Below are positions 53,311 through 64,000 of a DNA stretch of 64,000 nt, one piece after another. The first letter of the stretch is position 1. Each line of letters starts with the position of its first letter. A program made the translations under genes and the position numbers. This stretch comes from Octopus sinensis (Eukaryota). The stretch lies in the NCBI RefSeq assembly GCF_006345805.1, contig NC_043006.1, positions 65,596,001 through 65,660,000 on the forward strand, in the 5' to 3' direction. Under the pieces are notes generated by a model that worked only from the letters and a program-made list of their open reading frames with translations, made no database searches and was not told the DNA's origin.

Positions 53311-53478
53311 TTGCTTTATAGATGGAGAGATTATTACCTTACTTGCAAACAAGTTGGCAATGGTGACCGGAGTGGTGTCCAGTTGTAAAAAATAGCTTTG
53401 CAACAATGTACTGTCATCTGACCCATGTAAACTTGGAAAGGTAGATCCTAAAATGATAGTGATGATGATATACACACA

Positions 53479-53515
<37 letters not shown>

Positions 53516-53518
<3 letters not shown>

Positions 53519-53868
53519 TGCAAGCGTGTCTGTGTGGCAAGAAGCTTGCTTCTCAACCACATGGTTCTGGGTTCAGTCCCACTTCATGGCACCTTGGGAA
53601 AATGTCTTCTACCATAACTTCTGGCCAATGAAAGCCATGTGAGTGTGTTTGGTTGATGGAAACTGAAAGAAGCGTATTGTGTGTATATGTGTGTGTGATC
53701 ACTGCTTGATGACCGGTGTTGACAAGTGGTTTAGCAAAAGAGACCAGTAGAATAAGTACCAGGTTTATAATAAGTATGAGTACTGGGATTAATCTATTCA
53801 AGTGAAAATTCTTCAAGGTGATGCTGCAGCATGACCACAGTCTAATGACTGAAACAAGTAAAAGATTG
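53516..53868 (+). mobile_element. SINE family A
   Basis: Head and tail match the copy at 37153. Confidence 0.85.
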
Positions 53869-54896
53869 AAGATAAGATATATTTTGTGAAAGTTGATAGT
53901 CCATGGCTTCATTTGAGTGAAATGGTGATATGTTTACATTCCTTGTTGGTACACACACACATACATGCACATACACATGTGCTATATTTCTTAAAAGGTA
54001 ATGGTATTTATACAGTGATATAGCTAGAGAGTGTGCCACCCTGGGCAGCCCTTGAATTTGTTGTTCCATGCACGCCACTCATTGTGCAGGCTTATACAGT
54101 AAACCCAGAATTGTGCACCCCATCTTTCCTCCCCTGCCCCCAGCTGCACTACTATATTTACACTACTCTTTTTCTCCCCCACCTTAAAGCAGTGCTCCAG
54201 CATGGTTGTACTCTTAAAAGAATAAAGGAGTATTTTCATTTGCAATTTTTATTTTGCTATCACAAGGTTTGAACTTGGAAGTTTTAATTGATGAGCTGTT
54301 GGAAAACCATGCTTGCAGTATGAAGCCAAATCTCTGTTGAGTTTGTTCGCTTCATTTTGGCCACCTTTGTATGTCTTCTTTCTGTTGAGTTGGTTGATAT
54401 ATTTGTCAGTCAATTACCATTGTTCTCTGGAACATGGTCAGAGTGAAATCAAAGATGCAGTTTCTAAACCAATGAATGGAACAGCTTTACAAGTGAGCCT
54501 AGGCTTGGTTTCACATGCTGCTAGAAATAGCAGCCTAGATTGCCCTCAAATCAAACTCTTTCGTCATAGACACAGTAGTTTACATTGCACAATGTAATCC
54601 TGTATAGCTAAAAGAAAAACAGCAGTTGTGACTGGAATGCTTTTGATCATAGGTCTACCCATGTAAGGAACCCCTAGTCTACATCTTTTATTAATTTGTT
54701 GTTCTTTTCTAACATACAACACTATGTCAGTTTCACATTGGTTGCTTAAACGTTTCCATAATTCACAGTTTATTTCCCTTTCAGAAATTTTGGTACCATT
54801 TTCACTTAATTTTATCTTTGATTCAGTTATTACTTTGATTCTTCAAAAAAAAAAAAACAATTGGATATATATTTTTTCCCCCTTTCTCCTGTCTAG

Positions 54897-54981
54897 ATGC
54901 CACAGACGCCTGACAAAACGAAAACGCCTACAGAACGGAAGCGCAAACGAAAAAATAATGTAGATAATAATTGTGAAGCAG
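54897..54981 (+). CDS. TLK: Coding exon of tousled-like serine/threonine kinase (N-terminal basic/NLS segment)
   Basis: Acceptor TTTTTTCCCCCTTTCTCCTGTCTAG and donor CAG|GTAAGG. The 85 nt (phase 0 to 1) encode MPQTPDKTKTPTERKRKRKNNVDNNCEA. This resembles invertebrate TLK TPEK..RTPxERKRKRK and vertebrate TPEKK...RNRKRK as recalled. Six CpGs are retained. The gene name rests on a short peptide. Confidence 0.78.
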
Positions 54982-55235
54982 GTAAGGATTTCTTTACAGT
55001 TTTTATTTCCCCAGAAGTTTGAGAAATTTTGCTTCATCAGTTAAAACCCCATTGAAAATTTTTTAAATCAGATGCTCAAAACAAGCAGAAAATACCAAAA
55101 GTTGGGCTTGTTTATTCAGATGCTTATAGTGTATGCACTTGTGGTCAGATTATTGGGAAAATTAAGCATTATTGTAGAAAAAGTAATGTAAGTAGTCACT
55201 TACGTTAAAAAAAAATTGTGCATATTTGGTTTTTT

Positions 55236-55404
55236 CTTTTATTTGTTTCAGTCATTTGACTGCAGCCATGCTGGAGCACCATCTTTAGTTGAACAAATCG
55301 ATCCCCAGACTTATTCTTTGTTAGCCTAGTACTTATTCTATCAATCACTTTTGCTGAACTAAGTTACAGGGGACGTAAACACACAAACATATACATGTAT
55401 ATAT

Positions 55405-55452
<48 letters not shown>

Positions 55453-55616
55453 ATGATAGGCTTCTTTCAGTTTCCCTCTACCAAATCCACTCACAAGGTT
55501 TTGGTCGGCCTGAGGCTATAGCAGAAGACACTTGCCCAAGGTATCATGCAGTGGGACTGAACCCAGAACCATGTGGTTGGTAAGCAAGCTACTTACCACA
55601 CAGCCACTCCTGTGCG
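55236..55616 (-). mobile_element. SINE family A
   Basis: Reverse complement of family A from tail to head. Confidence 0.88.
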
Positions 55617-57059
55617 TATATTGTTGTTTATTAATTACGTAATAATATCTAAAGAATAAATACACTGGAAAAGAATATGATGCAAAGAGTTCTAATTAAC
55701 TAACTACAACTAGTAATACATATGGATATAGAAATATCACAAATCAAACAGCAAAAGTTTACCTTCAATATTTTGCAGCTTTTTCATTGGAAAATTTGCT
55801 GGTTCACCGAGTTTACTTTCTTCAGAAATGATATACTTAGGCATGCATGAAAATTCCTTGGAATAAATCACTGAAATACAGCAACATTGCAAACCCCTCT
55901 GTGGATTCGCAATCATTTAGGTGTGGGTGTGGCTGTGTCATAAGTAATTTGCTTTCTAGCCACATGGTTCAAGGTTCAATCTCATTGTATGGCACCTTGA
56001 GCAAGTGACTTCAGCTTTAGCCTAGGGGCAACCAAAACCTTATGGGTGGATTTGGATGATGGAAAATGAAAGAAGCCACTCAGTGTGTGTGTGTTTGTCC
56101 TCACCACAACCACTTGACAACTGGTGTTGGTTTGTTTACGTCCCCCATAACTCATCAGTTTGGTGAACAAGACTGATTGAATTAGTACCAGGCTTTAAAA
56201 AAAGTAAGTACTGTGATTGTGGTGGTGGTGGGGGGGTCAATTCAGTTGGCTAAAACCCTTCATCGCAGTTTCCCAGCCTGGTCACAGTCCTCTGACTGAA
56301 ACAAGTAAAAGGTAAAAGATACAGGAAGGGATTAAAGTTTTCACCCTTAGCTTAGAGAGCTCATAACTTCCTTCGAAACAACCACAAATAAGAGGTTTTT
56401 CCATTTGGGTGGTTTTAAGCAGCACAGGACTTAGAGATTCCTGTTATTCACAGTGTTGACTTCATACAAGAAATTTAAAGAATGTGTTGATTCTGTTTGT
56501 AGATCAACTTCTGAAGATTCTAATCTAATTCATGTTAGATACTAGACACTCCAGTCTTGTGATGATTCTTCACATAAATATTAAGCAGAGATAGGTGCAG
56601 GCTTGTCTGTGTGGTTGAGAAGTTTTCTTCTTAACCATGTGGTCTCAGGTTCAATCATGCTGTGCAGACCCTTGGGCAAGTATGTTCTATTATAAGCTCT
56701 GTCTACCAAATTCACTCAAAGGTTCTGAGTGAATTTGGCAGATGGCGACTCTGCGTGTGTGTATGATTAATAAAAAAAACAGAAAAAACAAGAAAAAAAC
56801 AACCCGAGGACATGGAACATGCAAAGTATTGATAAGACGCTCAGAGAAGGGAAAAAAAGGGTGTTTTATGTTTCTAGCAAAGCTTTTCTTCAAAAACAGG
56901 AGACAGAGGGAGAAAAATTGTCAATAATCCTCATGTAGTTATGTGTGTGTTCCTGGATACCCTTGTCTAGGCATCACATGATGGTTGTAAATGAGTATCA
57001 TTGTCATACAAGTGACGTTATTTGTCTGCAGTCTTCTGTGAAAAGCATGTTTGGTTATG

Positions 57060-57605
57060 AGGAAACAGTCTGTACAGTCTGTTGCTGAGGCAGAATTGAC
57101 AATATTCCAATGATACTCCATTCAATGCTAGGGTAGTTGTTCTGGTGGTCACAAAGCCTCCAGATAAAATGGGATAAGAAGATGGATTTGCCCCTATTCT
57201 TGCACCTGAAGGGGTTTAATTGCTGTGTGTAACTTCCTTTGAAGCTATTAGCTGTCATGCCCATCTAGTGCCATTAGATGGTGTGAAAGTGATTCTATAG
57301 ACTGCAATCGTTCAGAAGTAGGATCTTCCCAGTAGGCAGTTGGTAGGATTTTGGCAGTTAAAGGTTGTGGGTGTGTATTGGGGGATGTAAAGATGTGTGA
57401 TTGTGTCATTGAAGCATGTGATGTTAAAAGAGTGATGCATGAGTAAGTGTAACTGACCTTGATGTTGTGAGGGTTGAAAAGTTTATAATAGTTATGGGTT
57501 AAAGGGAAGTGTTTCCTTATTACTATCATAAAGCTCCTAGCTATGTTGGTTGAAAGTTCTAAGTTACACTGGAGGATTGAATCAGATTATCTTTCCTTTG
57601 GTAAA
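57060..57605 (-). mobile_element. Penelope-like element fragment (RT-EN linker + GIY-YIG)
   Basis: KII*FNPP...STNIARSF, KHFPLTHNYYKLFNPHNIKVSY and GMTANSFKGSY...LSHFIWRL...IEWSII are characteristic PLE motifs. Confidence 0.88.
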
Positions 57606-57959
57606 TCCACTCCTTGCTAATTTCTCATTTCATACATACCGATATATACATACATACATACATATGCTCACACAATGAGCTTCGTTCAGTTTCCCTTTCC
57701 CAAATATACTCACTAGGTTTTGGTTGGCTTAGGGCTGTAGCAGAAGATGCTTGCCCAAGGTGCTGTACATTGAAACTGTACCCAAAGCCACATGGTTGGA
57801 AAGCAAGTTTCTTAAACACACAGCCATGGCTGCATCTTTCTTTTATCCTATTTCTCTATTTTTAATCTTTATCAACTTTTGTGTTTTAATTGACTTATAG
57901 AAAATATAGCCATGATTCTCTAATATGATTTATCTCGAGGCAAATAATACAATGCAGTC

Positions 57960-59230
57960 TTCCCTCTTTATATCAATAATGATCTTACAGTTTCCCATGT
58001 ACTTGGTATTTGCATTTTTGTGGTCAATGGCCAACTTAAGTTCATTGACTGTTCTAATTTTTTTTACCATAAACTTTGTTTTTTAAGTATTCCCATAAAA
58101 AATATATATATATCTAGTGGTGTGAGGTTCGTTGAAGGAGGAGGGTATTCTACTGAACTATATTTGTCCAATTCACTTGTTTGGCAAAATCTCAAGGTGG
58201 GCCCTTACATTACTATGGTGTTGGAGTTCTCCATCTAGTTAGAAATTAAACTTCGCACCTTCAATGTCCTCGTGAATGCTTAACATGACAGGTTCCTGCA
58301 GCAATTTCAAGTAAATGGGATCAGTTACCATACCATCAAAAAAGAATGGTCCAGTTAATCCTTCTGAAGATAAGCTGCATTATGCTGTAACTCCATAATA
58401 TGTAGATTCTCAAGTCCCCTGAAGGTGTAATTCTGGTGGTTATTTGAGCCATTTAATACCAGTGTAGTCTCATCAATCTAAGCTATCTTTGTTAGAAAGT
58501 ATGCATCTTCTAAATACCTTGCCAAATACCAGTCACCTGTCTCCATTCTTTGGTCCATATCATCTTCATTGAGAACATAACTGGCATTCTGTGAGTTATG
58601 ACAATGAAGTTTCCATTTGATCTGATCAATGGAAATAGCCTGTTTCTGAAATTACCATCCAAGTGGCTGAGCACTCTGTAAGCACATAGACCCTTAGTTT
58701 AGTTCTCAGGGAGATTCAGTGTGACACAGAATGTGACAATGCTGGCCCCATTCAAATTACAGGTCCAGCCCATTTTTTCCAGCTGAATGGACTGGAATAA
58801 AGTGACTTGCTCAAGGAAATGCACCCCCAGGAATTGAACTCACTACCTTACGATTATGAGTTGAATATCCCAACTGTGAAGCCACGTGCCTTCACATTGA
58901 GAGCATGAACTATTCCTGGAATGTAACTTTTCCAAAGGGCATTGCTTCTAAATGCAACGGATGTTTGGTCTTGAAATTTCTATCTCACAGCTCATTTGCT
59001 GCTCTTATTTTCTTGAACTTTGGCTATATGTTTCCAGCACCCGTTCTTCCTTTGTGGGGTTCATCAAGGTCTGAGGTCTTCCTGAGCATTTCTTGAGTGA
59101 TTATAAGCTATTATAGGTAGATCTGTTTGAACCTCAAACTCACTCCTAAACTATCTTTGCAGTAGTTTGACTGCATTTCCAACTTTCCAGCAGCACTTTA
59201 GGACAGATTTCCTTTGTTCAAAGATTAGCC
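57960..59230 (-). pseudogene. Tc1/mariner-superfamily DDD transposase fossil
   Basis: KCSGRPQT, LNEDD, IDET, EYPPPSTNLTPLD (cf. WPPRSPDLTPLD) and FLWEYLKNKVY. Contains stops and frameshifts, and is split by a SINE. Confidence 0.88.
58583..58894 (-). mobile_element. SINE head D + tail E inserted in the transposase
   Basis: Imperfect TSD CATTGAGAACATAACT (58567-58582) and CATTGAGAGCATGAACT (58895-58911). Confidence 0.85.
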
Positions 59231-59472
59231 TGGCATCCTTCATTATTTGTAATGGGTTAAACTTAAAAAGAAATGAAAATTAAGTGAAGTATCAGCAGTT
59301 AGGGGACACCTTGGATGTGTGTGTGTGTATGTGTGTGTGTATTATGTGTATTTACCTGTCCAGCACATTAGAAATTCCATTTCCCAAGATAGTGTTACTT
59401 TGTTCCTTTTGTCACTTAATAATGTGTGTAAGTGAGAGTCAGTATGTGTATGTAGGTGTGCGTATATGTATG

Positions 59473-59519
<47 letters not shown>

Positions 59520-60808
59520 TGTGTCCATAAATTCTCTTTACAATTTAATACAAAATGTTATAGAAGCTGTGAAGATAATTTATGGACACCCTATGTATGT
59601 GTGTGTGTGTGTGTGTGTGGTGTGTGTGTGTGTGTGAATCTGTTTCTTGGAATAATAGTATCTGGCCTAAAGGAAGGTGATACACTGGGTTGCATGAAGG
59701 AAGAAATCCTGAGAAGAAGATTACTTTTGTAATTGCTTTATTTCTAATATTCCTTGTTTGCATCAGTGGAATATTTTATTGATTCGTTGTTTGTATATTT
59801 TATGGGGAGATTTTTTTTTTGTTTGTTTTTGTTTCTTTTGCATCTTGCTCAAGTAATTCTCTAGCTGGATGCCATTCTTACCAGTAGCCAATGAACTGTA
59901 AAGTAGAAAGACCTGTTTATTGGACAGATTTGATGATAATGATGGTGATAGTGATGGTGGTGGTGGCATTGGTTGTGGGGGTTTGTATTTCTAGGATGAT
60001 ATCCCAAACAACATGGGAATGGGGGTAAAGGACATTTAGGATGTTTGCTCAGGTTACAAGAACTTGGATTCTCTTGACAGGCTTACAAAGGCAAAAAGAT
60101 TTAAGTGTTCTACTCAGGGACACCAATTTCTAGCTACAGTTGCAAGTAATAAACCCCTGACCAAATCGGTCATTATTCCAGATCGTTTATTGACTGTAGA
60201 GGCCATATATATATATGTAGACACCATATATATATATGTAAAGATAGATATAGATATATACAAATAAAAATGCTAGTTTTAAAGTCTCTGTAAGAGATCA
60301 ACACAGTAGTTTGTACTGACAAGTAATATTTGTTGCCACTTCAACATGGTTGTCTGTTCAAATGGACTCTACTGCGATTTTTTAAACCCAAGAGGACATC
60401 ACCTTTAGCTGGTTAACGATGGAGAGTGGCATCCGATAAATTACAAGCAGAGGAGTGAACCCCTACCACCTTCTATATATATATTGAGAGAGAGAGAGAG
60501 AGAGAGAGAGAAAGGGAGAAAGAGAAAGTAGAACTAGGGCATTTTGTTTCATTATTAGGATGGTCTTCGTGTGTCATTTATTTTTCTTGTGCATAAAAAG
60601 AAATGGTTTATTGAACTATATTCATATATTGATCTGTCTTTTAAATAAATCTATTTCTTTTAAACATGGCTAATTTTGACTAAAAGGTTGGTTTAAACAT
60701 CTTACCTCTTTCATCCTGAAAGTATTCTTCGTTTATTTTTTATTTGGAACTTCCTCACATGTTCACACTCGCAAATCCATGTCTCTCTGCTGTTCATCAT
60801 TATTTAAT

Positions 60809-60841
<33 letters not shown>

Positions 60842-61704
60842 CTACCAAAGAGAGATAGTGCTTACAGTTGTGAATCCCTTTTGTTTTGTCTTGCTGAGGA
60901 TTAACCAACCTCTGTCGTGCTGGTGCCATGAGAAAAGGCACCCAGTACATGGCAACAGGAAGGGCATCCAGCTGTAGCAACCAAGCCAAACGTGCGTACA
61001 AGCATGAGTCTATGACAGTAGCAGGTCTCAATAAGAACTAACTTGAACAACAACAAACATGCAAAGCAGACATAAAATTATATTGATCATGAAGGCCAAA
61101 CTATGTTTAACATGTTAACTGCCACAGCCTGTGATCGGAACTTATTGGTGATGCCACATATTTTCAGTCACATTGCATACTGTTCAATACTCATGTTTTT
61201 GCATTTTTACAATATTTCATAATTAAACTTTAATAATATTTAGCACTCATGTTATTTAAATATCCTTGAAACTATGTCAGAGATACAGAATGTAATATTT
61301 TCTTAAATCATGAAAATGCACTGGTGGTGCATATGATGGTTCGAAATAGCACCCAATTTTACCTTCCAACCACATACTGCAATCTTTAAGAATGACTCAC
61401 AATGTAGTATGGGGTATATAATTGTTGGGTGGGAAAAAGAAAAAGACTTGATAGTCATATTTGGAGCATTCTAGATTGTAGGTTTGTTCCAGTTTTGTTT
61501 GGGACAGTCTGGATAGTTGTGGCATCTTGGACAAGTGTATTTTACTATAGCCGTGGACTGACCAATGCATAGTGAGTGAATTTAGTAGATTAAAACTGTA
61601 CTGGAGCTCATTGTTTGGGTGTGTATGCACACACACACACATATATATATATATAGTTGAAATTTACAGAAAAGTAAAAATTGAACACAGGTGTATGTGT
61701 ATAT

Positions 61705-62009
61705 CATCATCATCATCATCATCACGTGACCGACCAGACCATCAGATGTTGTTACACATTGCTGGTCACAATGCGTTCGCATTGTTTTAGCCTTCGAATG
61801 ACGCCACCCCGCTGGCTAAGCGAGCAGGCCAACAGAAGAAAGAGTGAAAGAAAGAGTACAGCAGGGATCACCACCCCCTGCCGGAGCCTCGTGGAGCTTT
61901 TTAAGGTGTTTTCGCTCAATAAACACTCACAACGCCCGGTCTGGGAATCGAAATCGCGATCATACGACCGCGAGCCCGCTGCCCTAACCACTGGGCCATT
62001 GCGCCTCCG
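61705..62009 (-). mobile_element. Young tRNA-headed SINE (head L + tail L)
   Basis: Minus-strand A box TGGCCCAGTGG and B-box-like ATTTCGATTCC. Many CpGs are intact, and there is a (GAT)n tail. Confidence 0.88.
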
Positions 62010-62045
62010 TATGTGTGTGTATGTATGTATATATATATATATATC

Positions 62046-62076
<31 letters not shown>

Positions 62077-62093
62077 AGAGAGATTATATATAA

Positions 62094-62272
62094 AGGCGCA
62101 GGAGCGGCTGTTTGGTAAGAAGCTTGCTTCTCAACCACATGGTTCTGGATTCAGTCCCACTACTCTGCACCTTGGGCAAGTGTCTTCTAGTATAGCTTCA
62201 GGCTGACCAACACCTTATGAATGGATTTGGTAGACGGAAACTGAAAGAAGCGCATTGTATATACAAACACAA

Positions 62273-62309
<37 letters not shown>

Positions 62310-62499
62310 CACACTCATACATATGTATCATCGTCATCATCGTTTAATGTCCATTTTCCATGCTAGCATGGGTTGGACGGTTCGACCGAGATCTTGGAAC
62401 CCAGGAGGCTGCACCAGGCTCCAGTCTGATCTGTCAGTGTTTCTTCAGCTGGATGCCCTTCCTAACGCCAACCACTCCGTGGCGATATATACACACACA

Positions 62500-62538
<39 letters not shown>

Positions 62539-62883
62539 AACACATGTGTGTGTGTGCATGTACACTCATGCGTCTGTGTTTGTCCATCCACCATCGCTTA
62601 GCAACCGATGATGGTGTTACACATTGCTGGTCACAATGCGTTCGCATTGTTTTAGCCTTCGAATGACGCCACCCGGCTGGCTAAGCGAGCAGGCCAACAG
62701 AAGAAAGAGTGAAAGAAAGAGTACAGCAGGGATCACCACCCCCTGCTGTAACTTAGCAGTTTGGTAAAGCAGACCGATAGGATAAGTACTAGGCTTACAG
62801 AGTATAAGTCCTGCAGCTGATTTGTTCGACTAAAGGCGGTGCTCCAGCATGGCCACGGTCAAATGACTGAAACAAGTAAAAGA
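62094..62883 (+). mobile_element. SINE family A with nested RTE tail and a 132-bp copied segment
   Basis: Head at 62094-62255, RTE tail at 62328-62480(-), and tail A interrupted at 62615-62746. Confidence 0.85.
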
Positions 62884-63279
62884 ATACACACACTCATATA
62901 CATGTATGCTTGTATGTGATCCTAGCGTATGTATGTGGGTGGAAGCTTACTTCTTGATAGTCCGTTAGTTTGTTTACATCCTTGTAACTTAGCAGTTCAA
63001 CAAAAGAGTCTGATAGAATAAATACCAAACTTAAAAAGAAAAATAAACAGCAGGGTTGCTTTGTATCTGCAAAGAAGGAACTCTGAATCTGATCCAGATT
63101 CTATTAACAGAGTAAACTCCACTAACGACAATCAAGATGTTGAGTGAAACTGGGGACATGTTGGATCTGTGCACCTGTGCAGTTGACATGTCCTTAGAAA
63201 CACCAGGAGACACTGTGTATGCCAGACAGATGTAACCCATAGTATAGCAGGAAAACAAACTTTAGCATTGTGGTTGTTG

Positions 63280-63558
63280 TAAGTTTAGTGGTTAGAGTGT
63301 TGCGCTGATGATCACATGATCTTAGTTTCAGTCCCTGGACCAGGATGCACATTTTCATTCTAAGCAAAACACTTCATTTCACGTTGCTCCAGTCAACTCA
63401 ACTGTAAATGAATAACCTTGCAAAGGACTGGCATCCCATCCATGGGAAGTGTTGTGATCTCAGCCATTTATACAACATAGAAACTGTGTAACAAGCCCAA
63501 AAAGTCCTAGGACCTGAGACTCTAATGTCCAACAGTTGATGATGATGATGATGATGAT
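63280..63558 (+). mobile_element. SINE head D + tail J
   Basis: TAGTGGTTAGAG head, CORE-like block, GGACTGGCATCCCATCCA and (GAT)n tail. Confidence 0.75.
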
Positions 63559-64000
63559 TGCAGTGATAACCTTATATATCATCTTTATGACCTTCTTCTT
63601 GTGTGTCATGTACATGACGAAATTCTTCTGCATGTAGTTGATTGCCAACCCTGAAATGGAAAGAGAAAAATGTTAACAGAAAGCTATCAACTGAAGCAGC
63701 TTCTTGTCTAAGCCAATTAACAGAAGTCAATTAAATCTAATTAGTTGTAATAAGTCTTGGAAGTAATTTTATAATTTGCACAGAGTGGTCTTTTTACACT
63801 TGAAGTTGTATTCATTGATAAATGTGAGCTTTGTGGTTTAGTGGTTTTTGCTGTTCATCCACAGGTCAAATATTCAAAGGTCTTCCAAGCATGACCATCA
63901 CCTCTTTTTGGGGCTATCTGGAACCTAATTCCTCTAATATGTTCTTTGCTTTTTGAAATGGTGCAATTTGAGGGAAATTTGACTGCTGTTTCTGATAAAT

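Noticed and set aside
60698-60730. Minus-strand 10-nt microexon (TTTCAG-GATGAAAGAG-GTAAGA)
   Set aside because: There is no polypyrimidine tract upstream and no other support.

Overview
This is eukaryotic, AT-rich, repeat-dense DNA whose repeat families look like those of an Octopus genome (inference from recalled tRNA-derived SINEs, RTE LINE tails and abundant microsatellites). I can support only one host coding exon: an 85-nt + strand exon at 54897-54981 (MPQTPDKTKTPTERKRKRKNNVDNNCEA) resembling the N-terminal basic/NLS exon of tousled-like kinase (TLK). The window is therefore probably mostly giant TLK intron. The rest is nested TE debris: a near full-length decayed CR1/Zenon-like LINE, many RTE LINE 3' ends, several tRNA-headed SINE families with swapped heads and tails, hAT and piggyBac-type MITEs with readable TSDs, Penelope-like fragments with decayed hammerhead-like motifs, a Tc1/mariner transposase fossil, and a solo LTR inside a ~1.9-kb TA/TATG microsatellite. 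Nearly all ORFs in the supplied track are spurious. I found no prokaryote-type system such as CRISPR. The most notable observations are two independent head-to-tail MITE heterodimers with the same subtype order, a 132-bp locally templated insertion, a possible recursive-splice or microexon site, inverted SINEs bracketing the TLK exon, and combinatorial SINE modules. Family names and protein similarities are from memory, not database searches.
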